From Planctomycetota bacterium (GTDB taxonomy: Bacteria > Planctomycetota > Phycisphaerae > Phycisphaerales > UBA1924), in assembly GCA_963204725.1 (NCBI GenBank), contig CAUJHH010000067.1, positions 15,459 to 79,458 on the forward strand: a DNA stretch of 64,000 bases, given 5' to 3'. The notes below the pieces were generated by a model that was not told the origin of the DNA, ran no database searches, and saw only the letters and a program-made list of their open reading frames with translations. Position numbers and translations under genes: made by a program. Shown piece by piece: positions 39,897 through 49,857 of the stretch. Each line of letters opens with the position of its first letter. The first letter of the stretch is position 1.

Positions 39897-40934
39897 ATGA
39901 GCACGGAGGCGGGAGAACGAGGGAGCGATGCGGGAGTAGCGACCGGAGGTCGCCGGGGTGTCTTGCCCGAAGGCGATGCGTCGCTGTACCTGCACCCTCA
40001 GACACTCGCCCGCCTTGGGTCCTTCGAGCTGCGGGCAAAGATGATCGTTGAGGGTGTGATGAGCGGGACGCACCGCTCCCCTTATAACGGGTTCAGCGTC
40101 GAGTTCGCGCAGCACAGGCCCTACGTCGCGGGAGACGACATCCGGCACCTGGACTGGAAGGTCTATGGGCGCACGGACAAACTCCACCTGAAGCAGTACC
40201 AGCAGGAGACGAACCTCGACCTGATGGTTCTTGTCGACTCGTCGGGGTCGATGGACTTTGGTTCGCGCTCGTTCGAGGAGGCTTCGGGCGTCGGGCGGAA
40301 GGCCAGCCCGGACGGACGCCCATACTGGAGCAAGTTCGACCATGCCACGGCAATCGCCGCCGCCATCGCGTACATCACACTGCAGCAGGGGGATCGCGTC
40401 GGGCTCCTCGTCTACGCGGACGAGGTCCGCGCTCAACTCAAGCGTTCCAGCGCGCAGGGTGTGTGGCGGCAGATCGTCGGCGCGCTCTCGACGCATCCGG
40501 TGGACCGACCGACCAATCTCCCTCGTGCCGTCGAGCAGGCGATGAGCAAGCTGACGAACCGGTGCCTCCTGGCGATTGTGAGCGATCTTTTCGTGGATCT
40601 TGAGCAACTTCGGACAACCTTGGCACGCGTCCGCCACCGCGGGCACGATGTGATCCTTTTCCAGGTGCTGGATCGGGCCGAGCTGGTCTTCGACCTGCAC
40701 GACGAGGCCCCGTTCATCGGCCTGGAGGGCGAGGGACAGGTCAAGATCGACCCCCGAGCGATCCGACCGGCGTACCTCGAAGCCTTGCAGAAACATCTCG
40801 ATGGCGTTGAGCGGCTCACGCGGGCCTTCGGCTTCGACCATCAGCTGGTCAGCACGCACGAGTGGCTGGGGCCGACACTGGCGGAGTTCGTGGCGCGTCG
40901 CAACGCGCAGATCAAGCGGTCAAAGCACGCTTAG
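39897..40934 (+). CDS. DUF58 domain-containing protein (vWA-like, usually the MoxR partner)
   Basis: FSVEFAQHRPYVAGDDIRHLDWKVYGRTDKLHLKQYQQETNLDLMVLVDSSGSM is the canonical DUF58 core. I trimmed the track ORF (39717) to the ATG at 39897. Confidence 0.85.
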   Translation: MSTEAGERGSDAGVATGGRRGVLPEGDASLYLHPQTLARLGSFELRAKMIVEGVMSGTHRSPYNGFSVEFAQHRPYVAGDDIRHLDWKVYGRTDKLHLKQYQQETNLDLMVLVDSSGSMDFGSRSFEEASGVGRKASPDGRPYWSKFDHATAIAAAIAYITLQQGDRVGLLVYADEVRAQLKRSSAQGVWRQIVGALSTHPVDRPTNLPRAVEQAMSKLTNRCLLAIVSDLFVDLEQLRTTLARVRHRGHDVILFQVLDRAELVFDLHDEAPFIGLEGEGQVKIDPRAIRPAYLEALQKHLDGVERLTRAFGFDHQLVSTHEWLGPTLAEFVARRNAQIKRSKHA

Positions 40935-40976
40935 GCGATGGGCAAGAACGATCCATAGAGGCATGAAACGCATCGC

Positions 40977-43310
40977 ATGAACTTCCTGCATCCAGCACTC
41001 GCAATGGTCGGACTCGGCGCAATCGCGCTGCCGATCATCATCCACCTGCTCATTCGCAGGCGTGTCAAGCCCGTGCGCTGGGCGGCGATGAAGTTCCTGC
41101 TGGAGGCGTACAAGCAACGCCGGCGGCGCCTGATCCTGGAGCAGTTGCTGCTGCTCGCGACACGCTGCCTGCTGGTCGCGTGCATTGCCGTTGCGCTCGG
41201 GCGCCTGCTCATCGGTGGAGGCGCGGCATCGGGTCTGGGCGCTGGTCCCAGGCCGACATCGCTGATCCTCTTGATCGATGACTCCCTCACATCCGGCGCG
41301 GACGGCGCGCTGCAGCGGCACAAGGAGCAGGCCGCATCCCTCATGGCCCAGCTCAACCCGGGCTCGGGAGATACAGCCTCGCTCGTCACGCTCTCCAGGC
41401 CTGCACAGGGCGTGGTGATTCCGGCGACGAGCGATATCGGTGCGCTGCGGGGGATCATCGAGCGGCTGACGCCAACCGATGCCGCAGCGGATCTCGCGGG
41501 CGCGATCGCGACGATCAACGGAGCAGTTGTCGCCGGGCCAGTGGAAGACCGGCCCCGCGTGGTGGTCGCGGTACTCTCAGAGTTTCTCGCGGGCTCCGTC
41601 GACCTGCAGTCGCCTCTGGGCACCATCGAGCCGTCACCAGACGCTGTGCTGATGTCGGCGGTTCGTGCGGATGGCATCAGCAACACGGCGATCGTGAGCG
41701 TGGAACCTCTGCGATCGGTGGTGACCGGTGGGCGTTCGCTCGCGGCGTCGAACCAGGTGCGCGTGACGCTGCGCCGGGCGGGGCCGGAGATTGGAACCGC
41801 GTCGACGCGATCGGTACGGGTGCTCACGACGCGCGAGGGTGGTGGCACCGAGACTCTGGGACAGGCGATGGCACGATTTGAAGCGGGCCAGCAGGATTCG
41901 ACCGTCATCATGCAGGCGGATGTGGGACCACCGGAGTCGGGCGGACGGGCGTCCCGCGTCATCGCGGCCTCGACGGATCACGACGCGCTCGGCGCCGATG
42001 ATTCGGTGCAGCGAGTGATCGAGTTTCGAGACTCGATCCGCGTTGCGGTCGTCGCGCCGCGACGCTTCCAGCAGCCGGGAGAGGGCGGGGGACTGAATCG
42101 ATTCGATGCGGCGGATTGGGTCACGCTCGCGCTCGAGCCTAGCGCACCCGCGATCTCGGGTCTGGGCGCGGGAGCGAGAGCGGATATCGAGACCGCGCGA
42201 GTAGAGCCGAACGCGATCACGACCTCGCGTCTGGCAGGGTTCGACGCGGTGGCTCTGTGTGCGCCGCAGTCGCTGGACCAGACCGGTTGGGAGGCCATCG
42301 GCGCGTTCGTGCGACAGGGCGGGCTGCTGATTGTTGTGCCGCCGAAGGATGTTGCGATACACCTGTGGGCGGACCAGCTCTCCGCGATGGAGCTCGGATG
42401 GACGATCGGGAGAGAGGCGCGGGACCCTGAATCGCCGCTCGCGATCGATGCCTCGACGGGCCCGGCTGCGAGCACCGACCTGTTGTCGTTGGTGCGGGCG
42501 GAGCTGCCCGAGTTGGCACGATCGGTCATGGTGCGCCGGGTGCTGCCCGTCTCGATCGACGGAGAGCGGCGCGAGGGCGCACTGCTTTCGCTGGGCGACG
42601 GAACACCCCTCTTGGTTGCGTCGGTCCCGCAAGCCGCGGCAACTACGGCGGGCGGGCGCGGTCTGGTGGTGATGCTCGCGACGTCGCTGGATCTGGCGTG
42701 GACGGACCTGCCCGCGAAGCCGCTTGTTGTTCCGCTGGTGCAAGAGGTCGTCCGGCAGGGTGTCGGCGTTGCGCGCGGTGCGTGGCACTCGCTTGCCGGG
42801 TCCAGCCCGGCGCTCCCGGCGGGCACGACCGACCTCCGTGCGGCGAGCGTTTCGCTCGATGGTGATGATCGTCGCCCGCCAGAGGCCGGCGTGTCGATCG
42901 CGATCGACTCCGGCGGCGCAGCGGCTCCGGCCATTCGTCGGGCCGGGATCTATCGGGCGATGGATGCGCAGGGGATGACGCGGGCGTGGCTCTCGATCGC
43001 GCCGGATACGCATGCCAGCGACACAAACCCCATGGCGCCACAGGTCGTACGTGCGTGGATCGCTTCGGCGGCGCCGAACGCAACCGTGATCGAACTCGGG
43101 GCAGAAACCGCTCCGGGGTCCGGCGCTCTCACGAGCGCACTGGTCGCATCACGGGCGACACCCGATCGATCACTCGTGTTCCTCGTTGCGGCTCTCGCCT
43201 TGGCGCTGATCGAGCTCGCTCTCGCCCGGTGGTCGAGCCACGCTCGCATCTTCGGCGAGGGCGATGAGATCATCACGGGACGCACCGGCGTCGGGGGGGC
43301 CGGCGCGTGA
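40977..43310 (+). CDS. BatA-domain (aerotolerance-type N-terminal double-TM) membrane protein
   Basis: MNFLHPALAMVGLGAIALPIIIHLLIRRRVKPVRWAAMKFLL...LLLLATRCLLVACIAVAL is the BatA / TIGR02226-type N-terminus. A large extracytoplasmic region and a C-terminal TM follow. Confidence 0.8.
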   Translation: MNFLHPALAMVGLGAIALPIIIHLLIRRRVKPVRWAAMKFLLEAYKQRRRRLILEQLLLLATRCLLVACIAVALGRLLIGGGAASGLGAGPRPTSLILLIDDSLTSGADGALQRHKEQAASLMAQLNPGSGDTASLVTLSRPAQGVVIPATSDIGALRGIIERLTPTDAAADLAGAIATINGAVVAGPVEDRPRVVVAVLSEFLAGSVDLQSPLGTIEPSPDAVLMSAVRADGISNTAIVSVEPLRSVVTGGRSLAASNQVRVTLRRAGPEIGTASTRSVRVLTTREGGGTETLGQAMARFEAGQQDSTVIMQADVGPPESGGRASRVIAASTDHDALGADDSVQRVIEFRDSIRVAVVAPRRFQQPGEGGGLNRFDAADWVTLALEPSAPAISGLGAGARADIETARVEPNAITTSRLAGFDAVALCAPQSLDQTGWEAIGAFVRQGGLLIVVPPKDVAIHLWADQLSAMELGWTIGREARDPESPLAIDASTGPAASTDLLSLVRAELPELARSVMVRRVLPVSIDGERREGALLSLGDGTPLLVASVPQAAATTAGGRGLVVMLATSLDLAWTDLPAKPLVVPLVQEVVRQGVGVARGAWHSLAGSSPALPAGTTDLRAASVSLDGDDRRPPEAGVSIAIDSGGAAAPAIRRAGIYRAMDAQGMTRAWLSIAPDTHASDTNPMAPQVVRAWIASAAPNATVIELGAETAPGSGALTSALVASRATPDRSLVFLVAALALALIELALARWSSHARIFGEGDEIITGRTGVGGAGA

Positions 43311-45709
43311 ACGAGTTCCTGAACCAACTGCTCGGGACCGAGGCGCTGCGATTCGGTGATGAGGGCGTGCGCCTCGGCCTGGCGCGATCGCTCGCGCCAT
43401 GGGGCTGGGCTCTTGTGATCGGTGCGGCGGCGCTGCTTGCGGGGTGGGCATATTGGAAGCTCGATGCCGGCAGACGATCACGGATCGCACTCGCGACGGT
43501 TCGCATGCTCTTGATGCTCTTTGTCGTGCTGCTGATCCTTGGGCCTCGGTTGGAACGGCAGAACGAGACGATCGAGCCGGACTGGGTCGTTGTGCTCACC
43601 GATCGCTCGGGATCGATGCAGGTCGCCGATGTCGAGCCCGCGCTCGCGGGAGCATCTCGGACGACCCGCGACCAGCAGTTGCGCGCGGCCCTCGCGAGCG
43701 CGTACCCGTCGCTCAAACGGATCGCGGCTGAACGCGAGTTGCTGGTCATGGGGTTTGACGCGAGCGCGTACCCGATCGGGACCATCGAGGATGAGCAGGG
43801 ACTCGGGCCGATCGACCTGCCGCCTGCGATCGGGACGCGAACGTCGATCTCGACCGCTTTGTCGCAGGCGCTCGCGCGAACCGCGGCACGCCCGGTGGCC
43901 GGGATCGTGCTGCTGAGCGACGGACGAACGGCCGAGCGTCCCGACAAGGGGCTCATGCGTCGGCTGCAGGGGGACCGCATCCCGGTCTTCCCGTACGCCC
44001 TCGGCAGCCCGAGCCCGATCGGCGATCTCGCCGTGACGCGCGTGGAGGCCCCCACTGTCGCGTTTGTGCGCGACACAATCCCGGTTCAGGTGCGTGTGGA
44101 ACGCCGGGGGGATGCGAGCGCGACGGCGGGTGGTGACACCACCGTCGAACTGGTGGACCAGTTGACCGGAAAGGTGTTCGAGTCCCGACCTCTCTCGGAG
44201 GCGAGCCCCGATCCGAACGATCCTGCTTCACTCGCCCTGACGCTCAGCGGCTCGGAGACCGATGCGGGTGCGCGTGAGTGGACGGTGCGGCTCGTGACGA
44301 CCAGACCCGACCTCATCACAGAGAACAACCAGCGGTCGTTCAGCGTCGATCTTCTCGACCGGCCGATCCGCACAGTGTACTTTGACGGGTACCCAAGATG
44401 GGAGTATCGGTACGTCAAGAACCTGCTGATCCGCGAGGGGTCGATCAACTCGTCCAACTTGTTGCTCGCAGTGGAGCGGCGATTCCTTCAGGAAGGCGAC
44501 TCGCTCCTCCGCTCGATCCCTCGATCCTCAGAGGAGTGGGCTCCGTTCGACGTTGTGATAATGGGAGACCTGCGGCCGGATCTCTTCACGACCGAGCAGT
44601 TGCAGCAGATCCGCGAACATGTCGCGATGCGCGGCGGCGGGCTCCTCTGGATGGCTGGCTCCGGCTCGACTCCGGGCGGCTGGGCCGAGACGCCCCTTGC
44701 GGATCTCCTGCCATTCGCGATGGGAGCTGGCTCGGGTGCGAGAGGCGGCGCGTCGGTGAGAATCTGGGACCGCACGGTCGTGGTGAGGCCAACACCGGCT
44801 TCTGAGCGACTCGGGCTGCTGAACCTGTCGCAGCCCCGAGGTTGGCCTGCGCAGCTCGCGAGCCCGGACACCGGGTGGTCACAGTTGCGCTGGGCGCAGC
44901 GGATCGATCCGAGTGCTGTCAAGCCGAGCGCGGAGGTGCTGGCGATGGCGGTTCCGGCGGATGGTCAGGGCGAGCCGACACCGCTCGTGATGACGATGCG
45001 CTACGGAGCCGGGCGGGTCATCTACGTCGCGACGGACGAGACCTGGCGCTGGCGATACGCGAAGGGCGAGACGCTCCAGGAGCGATTCTGGCTGCCGCTC
45101 GTTCGCCTGCTGGCACGGGATAGCGTCGCACGGACAGGGATGCCCGCCGTGCTGGAGTTGTCGCAGTCGGTTGTCCCGGTGGAGCAGCCGGTGAGGATCG
45201 CGGTGCGGCTACTCGATCAGTCCCTAGTTGATGCGGCTCCGGCTGCGATTCGCGTGAGGCTTGTTCCCGTCGGTGAGAATGCGGTCGGGCGGGCACCGGT
45301 GAATCTGCGGCTGCAACAGGAATCCGAGGGCGTCGCTCGGGGCGGGGTCCGGACCTATGCCGGAGCGTGGGTTGCACTGGAGCCGGGTGAATATCGCGTG
45401 GAAACCGCCGAGCCCCTGCTGGCTGGGATCGGGCTCCAGCAACCGCTCTCTATCATCTTGCCTGATAATGAGATGCGCACACCGGAGACCGATCATGGGC
45501 TGCTGGCCGACCTCGCCATACAGTCCGGCGGGCAGATGCTCACACTACAAGATCTGCTGAATCTTGACGAGATCCTGCCCAACCGACAGGTGAGAATCGT
45601 CACTCCACCCACGACGGAAACGCTTTGGGACACGCCACTTGCATTGATTGTCTTCCTGACTCTGGCATGCACCGAATGGATCGGCCGCAAGTTGATCCGA
45701 TTGGTTTGA
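43307..45709 (+). CDS. VWA-like / amidotransferase-like membrane protein of the Bat-type cluster
   Basis: The GTG start overlaps the upstream stop (GTGA). Two N-terminal TM helices; DWVVVLTDRSGSM (MIDAS-like DxSxS) and GIVLLSDGRT; later FDVVIMGDLRPDLFTTEQLQQIREHVAMRGGGLLWMAG; and a C-terminal TM. Confidence 0.7.
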   Translation: MNEFLNQLLGTEALRFGDEGVRLGLARSLAPWGWALVIGAAALLAGWAYWKLDAGRRSRIALATVRMLLMLFVVLLILGPRLERQNETIEPDWVVVLTDRSGSMQVADVEPALAGASRTTRDQQLRAALASAYPSLKRIAAERELLVMGFDASAYPIGTIEDEQGLGPIDLPPAIGTRTSISTALSQALARTAARPVAGIVLLSDGRTAERPDKGLMRRLQGDRIPVFPYALGSPSPIGDLAVTRVEAPTVAFVRDTIPVQVRVERRGDASATAGGDTTVELVDQLTGKVFESRPLSEASPDPNDPASLALTLSGSETDAGAREWTVRLVTTRPDLITENNQRSFSVDLLDRPIRTVYFDGYPRWEYRYVKNLLIREGSINSSNLLLAVERRFLQEGDSLLRSIPRSSEEWAPFDVVIMGDLRPDLFTTEQLQQIREHVAMRGGGLLWMAGSGSTPGGWAETPLADLLPFAMGAGSGARGGASVRIWDRTVVVRPTPASERLGLLNLSQPRGWPAQLASPDTGWSQLRWAQRIDPSAVKPSAEVLAMAVPADGQGEPTPLVMTMRYGAGRVIYVATDETWRWRYAKGETLQERFWLPLVRLLARDSVARTGMPAVLELSQSVVPVEQPVRIAVRLLDQSLVDAAPAAIRVRLVPVGENAVGRAPVNLRLQQESEGVARGGVRTYAGAWVALEPGEYRVETAEPLLAGIGLQQPLSIILPDNEMRTPETDHGLLADLAIQSGGQMLTLQDLLNLDEILPNRQVRIVTPPTTETLWDTPLALIVFLTLACTEWIGRKLIRLV

Positions 45710-46108
45710 GTTCCTGTCCAGAGGCGAAATGAAACCGAACAACGCAGCGGCCTGCGTGAAAGTGCGCAACATCCGCGCGTGTGCCTGAATGGCAGATGGC
45801 GGTTGGGATGGCAGATGGGTGGGCACTTCCCACCTTCGTTTGCGATCCGTGCGACACTTTGGCGAACTGGCACGCCCCTTGAAGCCGATCCAAGGTAATC
45901 GTCGGGGCTTTGCACGTTGCACATCCCCAACGATTCCTGAACCTCAGCCCATCCGGTTCGTACCACCGTGCGAATCCAACAGTGGGTGTCCGAGGCGCAG
46001 GTTGGTCGGCGCGTGAGTGAAAGCAGGCGAAGCGGCCACCAAGAGACCGGGCAGCGGCATCCAAGGGGAGAGCGAGCCGGCGACAGAGCCCGCTTCAGGA
46101 GAATGGAT

Positions 46109-48661
46109 ATGTTCGAGAGATTCACCGACAGAGCCCGCAAGGTCATGGCCTTGGCAAACCAGGAGGCCCAGCGGTTCAATCACGAGTACATCGGGACAGA
46201 GCACATCCTGCTCGGCCTCGTCAAGGAAGGTTCCGGCGTCGGCGCAAACGTGCTGAAGAACCTCGACGTTGACCTGCGCAAGGTGCGTCTCGAGGTTGAA
46301 AAACTGGTCAAGGCGGGCCCCGAGATGGTGACGATGGGACGCCTGCCCCAGACGCCCCGCGCCAAGAAGGTCATCGAGTACGCCATCGAAGAGGCCCGCA
46401 ACCTCAACCACAACTATGTCGGCACCGAGCACCTGCTGCTCGGCCTGCTCCGCGAGCACGACGGCGTCGCCGCCCAGGTGCTCATGAATCTCGGTCTGAA
46501 GCTCGAAGAGGTCCGCGAAGAGGTTCTCAATCTGCTCGGAGCCGGGACCGAGAGTGAGGAGTCCACTTCGGTCTCCCCATCGGGTTCCGGGCCATCGTCG
46601 CCCGGTGCTGCGGGCGAGGGCCGGGGCGGGAAACGCAAGAGCCAGACCCCAGCACTCGATTCGTTCGGACGCGACCTGACCGAACTCGCCAGAGAGTCGG
46701 GACTCGATCCGGTGATCGGGCGCATGAATGAGATCGAGCGGCTGGTGCAGGTTCTCTGCCGCCGAACCAAGAACAATCCCGTCCTTCTCGGTGAGGCGGG
46801 CGTTGGGAAGACGGCCATCGTCGAGGGCCTCGCGCAGCGAATCATCTCGAACGACGTGCCCGAGATCCTCTACGACAAGCGCCTCGTCGTGCTCGACCTG
46901 GCGATGATGGTCGCGGGCACGAAGTACCGCGGCCAATTCGAGGAGCGTATCAAGGCGGTCATGACGGAAGTCCGTCGCGCCAAGAACGTGATCCTCTTTA
47001 TCGATGAATTGCACACGCTGGTCGGGGCTGGCGGCGCGGAGGGCGCGATCGACGCTTCCAACGTGCTCAAGCCCGCGCTCGCCCGAGGCGAGATCCAGTG
47101 CATCGGCGCCACCACCTTCGACGAGTACCGCAAGTACATCGAGAAAGACGCGGCGCTCGCACGCCGATTCCAGTCGATCCCGGTGGATCCGCCCAGCGCC
47201 GATCAGACCTTCGAGATCATCAAGGGCCTGCGCGAGAAGTACGAGCAGCACCACCGCGTCCGCATCACCGACGAGGCGATCAAGGCCGCGGTCGAGCTCT
47301 CGGGCCGGTACATCACGGGGCGCGTGCAGCCGGACAAGTCGATAGATGTGATCGACGAGGCCGGTGCGAGGGTCAGGATCAAGAGCATGACCAAGCCGCC
47401 GAATCTCGCCGAGCTCGAGGCCGAGATCGAGAAGCTGACAGTCGCGAAGGACGAAGCTGTCCGAGCGGCGGACTACGAGCGTGCGGCGGAGCTGCGCGAT
47501 CAGGCCGAGCAACTCCGGAAGAAGAAGGAAGAAATCCAGAAACAGTGGCGTTCGCGCTCGCAGGAGTACGACGGCACCGTTGATGAAGAGATCATCGCCG
47601 AGGTCGTCAGCAAGATGACCGGCGTGCCGCTCAAGAAGCTCGAGAAGGACGAGGCCCAGCGCCTCCTCAAGCTCGAGGACGAGCTGCACAAGAAGGTCAT
47701 CAGCCAGGAGGAGGCCATCAAGGCGGTCTCTCGGGCGATCCGACGCGCACGCGCGGGCCTCAAGGACCCGAAGCGTCCGATGGGCTCGTTCATCTTCGTC
47801 GGCCCCTCTGGCGTCGGCAAGACCCTGCTCTCGAAGGCGCTGGCCGAGTTCATGTTCGGAAACGAGGATGCACTCGTCCACCTCGATATGTCCGAGTACA
47901 TGGAGAAGCACAACGTCTCCCGCCTCGTCGGCGCGCCCCCCGGGTACGTCGGTTACGAGGAGGGTGGCCAGTTGACGGAGCAGATCCGGCGCAGGCCCTA
48001 CAGCGTGGTGCTGCTCGACGAGGTCGAGAAGGCGCACCCGGATGTCTTCAACATGCTCCTCCAGATCATGGAAGAGGGTCGCCTCACGGATTCGTTCGGT
48101 CGCCACGTCGACTTCCGCAACACAATCATGATCATGACCAGCAACATCGGTGCGGATCTGATCAAGGGCGGCGGCGGCTTCGGCTTCCAGAAGCGCACCG
48201 ACGCGGTCGATCACGACAACGTCAAGTCGATCCTCCTCAAGGAGATCGAGCGGTTCTTCCGCCCGGAGTTCATCAACCGGCTCGACGACATCATCGTCTT
48301 CCGTCCTCTGACGCGCGAAGACCTCGTGCAGATCATCGAGTACGAGGTCAGCAAGCTCAGCAACCGCCTCGCGGCTCAGGGAATCAACCTCAAGCTGGAC
48401 CAGCCGGCCAAGGACTTCTTGATCGAGCGCGGATACAACCCCGATTACGGCGCGCGACCCCTCCGCAGGGCGATCGGCCAGTTCATCGAGGATCCGCTCT
48501 CCGAGATGCTCCTCTCAGGCGACCTGCACAACAAGAACCTTGTCACTGTGACCAAGGTCGAAGGCGAGGAGAAGCTCACCTTCCTCCCGGATGACAACCC
48601 GAAGGAGCCCACGCCGGCCCCGTCTGACTCACCCGTCGGCTCGGGCGCGCCGAGCACCTGA
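46109..48661 (+). CDS. clpC: ATP-dependent Clp protease ATP-binding subunit ClpC (class III Hsp100)
   Basis: [37 protein letters not shown] (Clp_N repeats), two AAA modules ([15 protein letters not shown] and [17 protein letters not shown]) and a UVR-like linker ([21 protein letters not shown]). The ATG at 46109 is 6 nt after AGGAG; the track ORF begins at 45968. Confidence 0.95.
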   Translation: MFERFTDRARKVMALANQEAQRFNHEYIGTEHILLGLVKEGSGVGANVLKNLDVDLRKVRLEVEKLVKAGPEMVTMGRLPQTPRAKKVIEYAIEEARNLNHNYVGTEHLLLGLLREHDGVAAQVLMNLGLKLEEVREEVLNLLGAGTESEESTSVSPSGSGPSSPGAAGEGRGGKRKSQTPALDSFGRDLTELARESGLDPVIGRMNEIERLVQVLCRRTKNNPVLLGEAGVGKTAIVEGLAQRIISNDVPEILYDKRLVVLDLAMMVAGTKYRGQFEERIKAVMTEVRRAKNVILFIDELHTLVGAGGAEGAIDASNVLKPALARGEIQCIGATTFDEYRKYIEKDAALARRFQSIPVDPPSADQTFEIIKGLREKYEQHHRVRITDEAIKAAVELSGRYITGRVQPDKSIDVIDEAGARVRIKSMTKPPNLAELEAEIEKLTVAKDEAVRAADYERAAELRDQAEQLRKKKEEIQKQWRSRSQEYDGTVDEEIIAEVVSKMTGVPLKKLEKDEAQRLLKLEDELHKKVISQEEAIKAVSRAIRRARAGLKDPKRPMGSFIFVGPSGVGKTLLSKALAEFMFGNEDALVHLDMSEYMEKHNVSRLVGAPPGYVGYEEGGQLTEQIRRRPYSVVLLDEVEKAHPDVFNMLLQIMEEGRLTDSFGRHVDFRNTIMIMTSNIGADLIKGGGGFGFQKRTDAVDHDNVKSILLKEIERFFRPEFINRLDDIIVFRPLTREDLVQIIEYEVSKLSNRLAAQGINLKLDQPAKDFLIERGYNPDYGARPLRRAIGQFIEDPLSEMLLSGDLHNKNLVTVTKVEGEEKLTFLPDDNPKEPTPAPSDSPVGSGAPST

Positions 48662-48704
48662 GGCTGGTGACCTAGGCTGACTCGGAAACACGACAAAGCA
48701 CCGC

Positions 48705-48742
48705 GGGGCGTCCGGCAATGGCCGGGCGCCCCTTTCGCTTTT
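48705..48742 (+). terminator. Intrinsic terminator downstream of clpC
   Basis: A 12-bp stem with one G-U pair, GGGGCGTCCGGC (48705-48716) pairing with GCCGGGCGCCCC (48721-48732), loop AATG, followed by TTTCGCTTTT. Confidence 0.7.
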
Positions 48743-48816
48743 GGAGTGAGAACCAGAGAGCATCCGCGCGGATCTCTGCCGATGAGCATGAGAGATCCGC
48801 GCCCTAACATGCGCCT

Positions 48817-49857
48817 GTGGACGCAGGGCGATCGAAGTCACGGAGTGGGCGGACAATCGCGAAGAAGCCGCGCTCGGGGAACGCCCCGATCACGCCCGTC
48901 AAACTTCCCCGCCACGTCAAAGCCGTCGTCGTCTTCGGCGGCTCGTTCGATCCGCCGCACCACATGCACGTCCTCGCCCCGCTGCTGCTCACTCAAGCGA
49001 TGTTCGGCGACACAGGTTGGCTCCTCTACATCCCCGCTGCGCACAGCCCGCACAAGAAGGGTGTCATCGCCTCGGATGAGCACCGGCTCGCCATGCTCCG
49101 ATACGCCATCGACATTCCCGGCCAGCGGTCTATCTGGACCGACGAACTGGACCGCGCGGCATGGGCTCGCGAACACGGGCACACGCCAACGCCCTCGTTC
49201 ACAATCGATACCCTCAGGCGCCTCCGCGAGATTCTGCCCGCTCGCGTGAAGCTCCGCTTACTGATCGGTTCCGATCAGGTCGGCGCGTTCCACAGGTGGA
49301 AAGCGCCGCGTCAGATCATCAAGCTCGCCGAACCCCTGATCATGATGCGGCCACCAGCGGGGTCCGTGATCCGACTCTGGCAGACGCTCGACTGTCGCTT
49401 CTGGACGCGCGAAGAGCGTCTCGCGTGGTTGACACGAATCGCGCCATCCGCTGAAGCGTCTCTGTCCTCCACAGCGTTGCGAGCGGCCATCCCCGAAGCG
49501 CCCAAGTCACTGAGCGCTTGGTTCAAGCGTGACGATCTGAGCAACGTGACCGAGGGCGTTGCCCGCCACATCATCCGCTACAACCTCTATGGCCATCGTC
49601 CCGGAGGCCCGCGCCCGCTGGATCCGAAGGACATGCCTCCCGCACCCGTCGGCAACTACCCTCACTTCGCCGAGCGTGTCATTCGCTGGCAGGATCCTGA
49701 TCGCTCGCAGATATCCGACGCCCAGTGGGCACGGGTCTTCCGCAAGATCGATCCGAAGAATTCCAGAAGTCAGATCCCCGCTTACGCTCGCCCAGTCATG
49801 AATGACCTCTCCCAGCGGCTCACGAGAAAGTCCAATCCCATGAGGGCCGACGCATGA
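48817..49857 (+). CDS. nadD: Nicotinate-nucleotide adenylyltransferase with N- and C-terminal extensions
   Basis: VVFGGSFDPPHHMH (the GxFxPxHxGH motif), LLIGSDQVGAFHRW and LSSTALRAAI (the ISST.IR motif). The NadD core ends near RHIIRYNLYG, and ~95 further residues follow. GTG start at 48817 (uncertain). Confidence 0.85.
   Translation: MDAGRSKSRSGRTIAKKPRSGNAPITPVKLPRHVKAVVVFGGSFDPPHHMHVLAPLLLTQAMFGDTGWLLYIPAAHSPHKKGVIASDEHRLAMLRYAIDIPGQRSIWTDELDRAAWAREHGHTPTPSFTIDTLRRLREILPARVKLRLLIGSDQVGAFHRWKAPRQIIKLAEPLIMMRPPAGSVIRLWQTLDCRFWTREERLAWLTRIAPSAEASLSSTALRAAIPEAPKSLSAWFKRDDLSNVTEGVARHIIRYNLYGHRPGGPRPLDPKDMPPAPVGNYPHFAERVIRWQDPDRSQISDAQWARVFRKIDPKNSRSQIPAYARPVMNDLSQRLTRKSNPMRADA

Noticed and set aside
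45868-45883. Sigma-54 promoter call as an annotated feature.
   Set aside because: The -24 TGGCACG and the spacing are perfect, but the -12 element reads TTGA instead of TTGC and so loses the near-invariant C. I kept it only as a low-confidence note in the clpC leader finding.
45944-48214. 756-aa minus-strand ORF. Similar long antisense ORFs occur at 51332..53776 (+), 26885..28858 (+), 27648..29438 (-), 58909..60471 (-), 33511..34929 (-), 49782..51176 (-) and 60496..61824 (-).
   Set aside because: Each lies exactly opposite a textbook gene (clpC, ppdK, the 7TM-HD gene, leuS, the porin, the neuC-like gene). Each translates to low-complexity R/G/D/E/A/V/L-rich sequence with no motifs. These are the expected stop-poor shadow frames of a high-GC genome.
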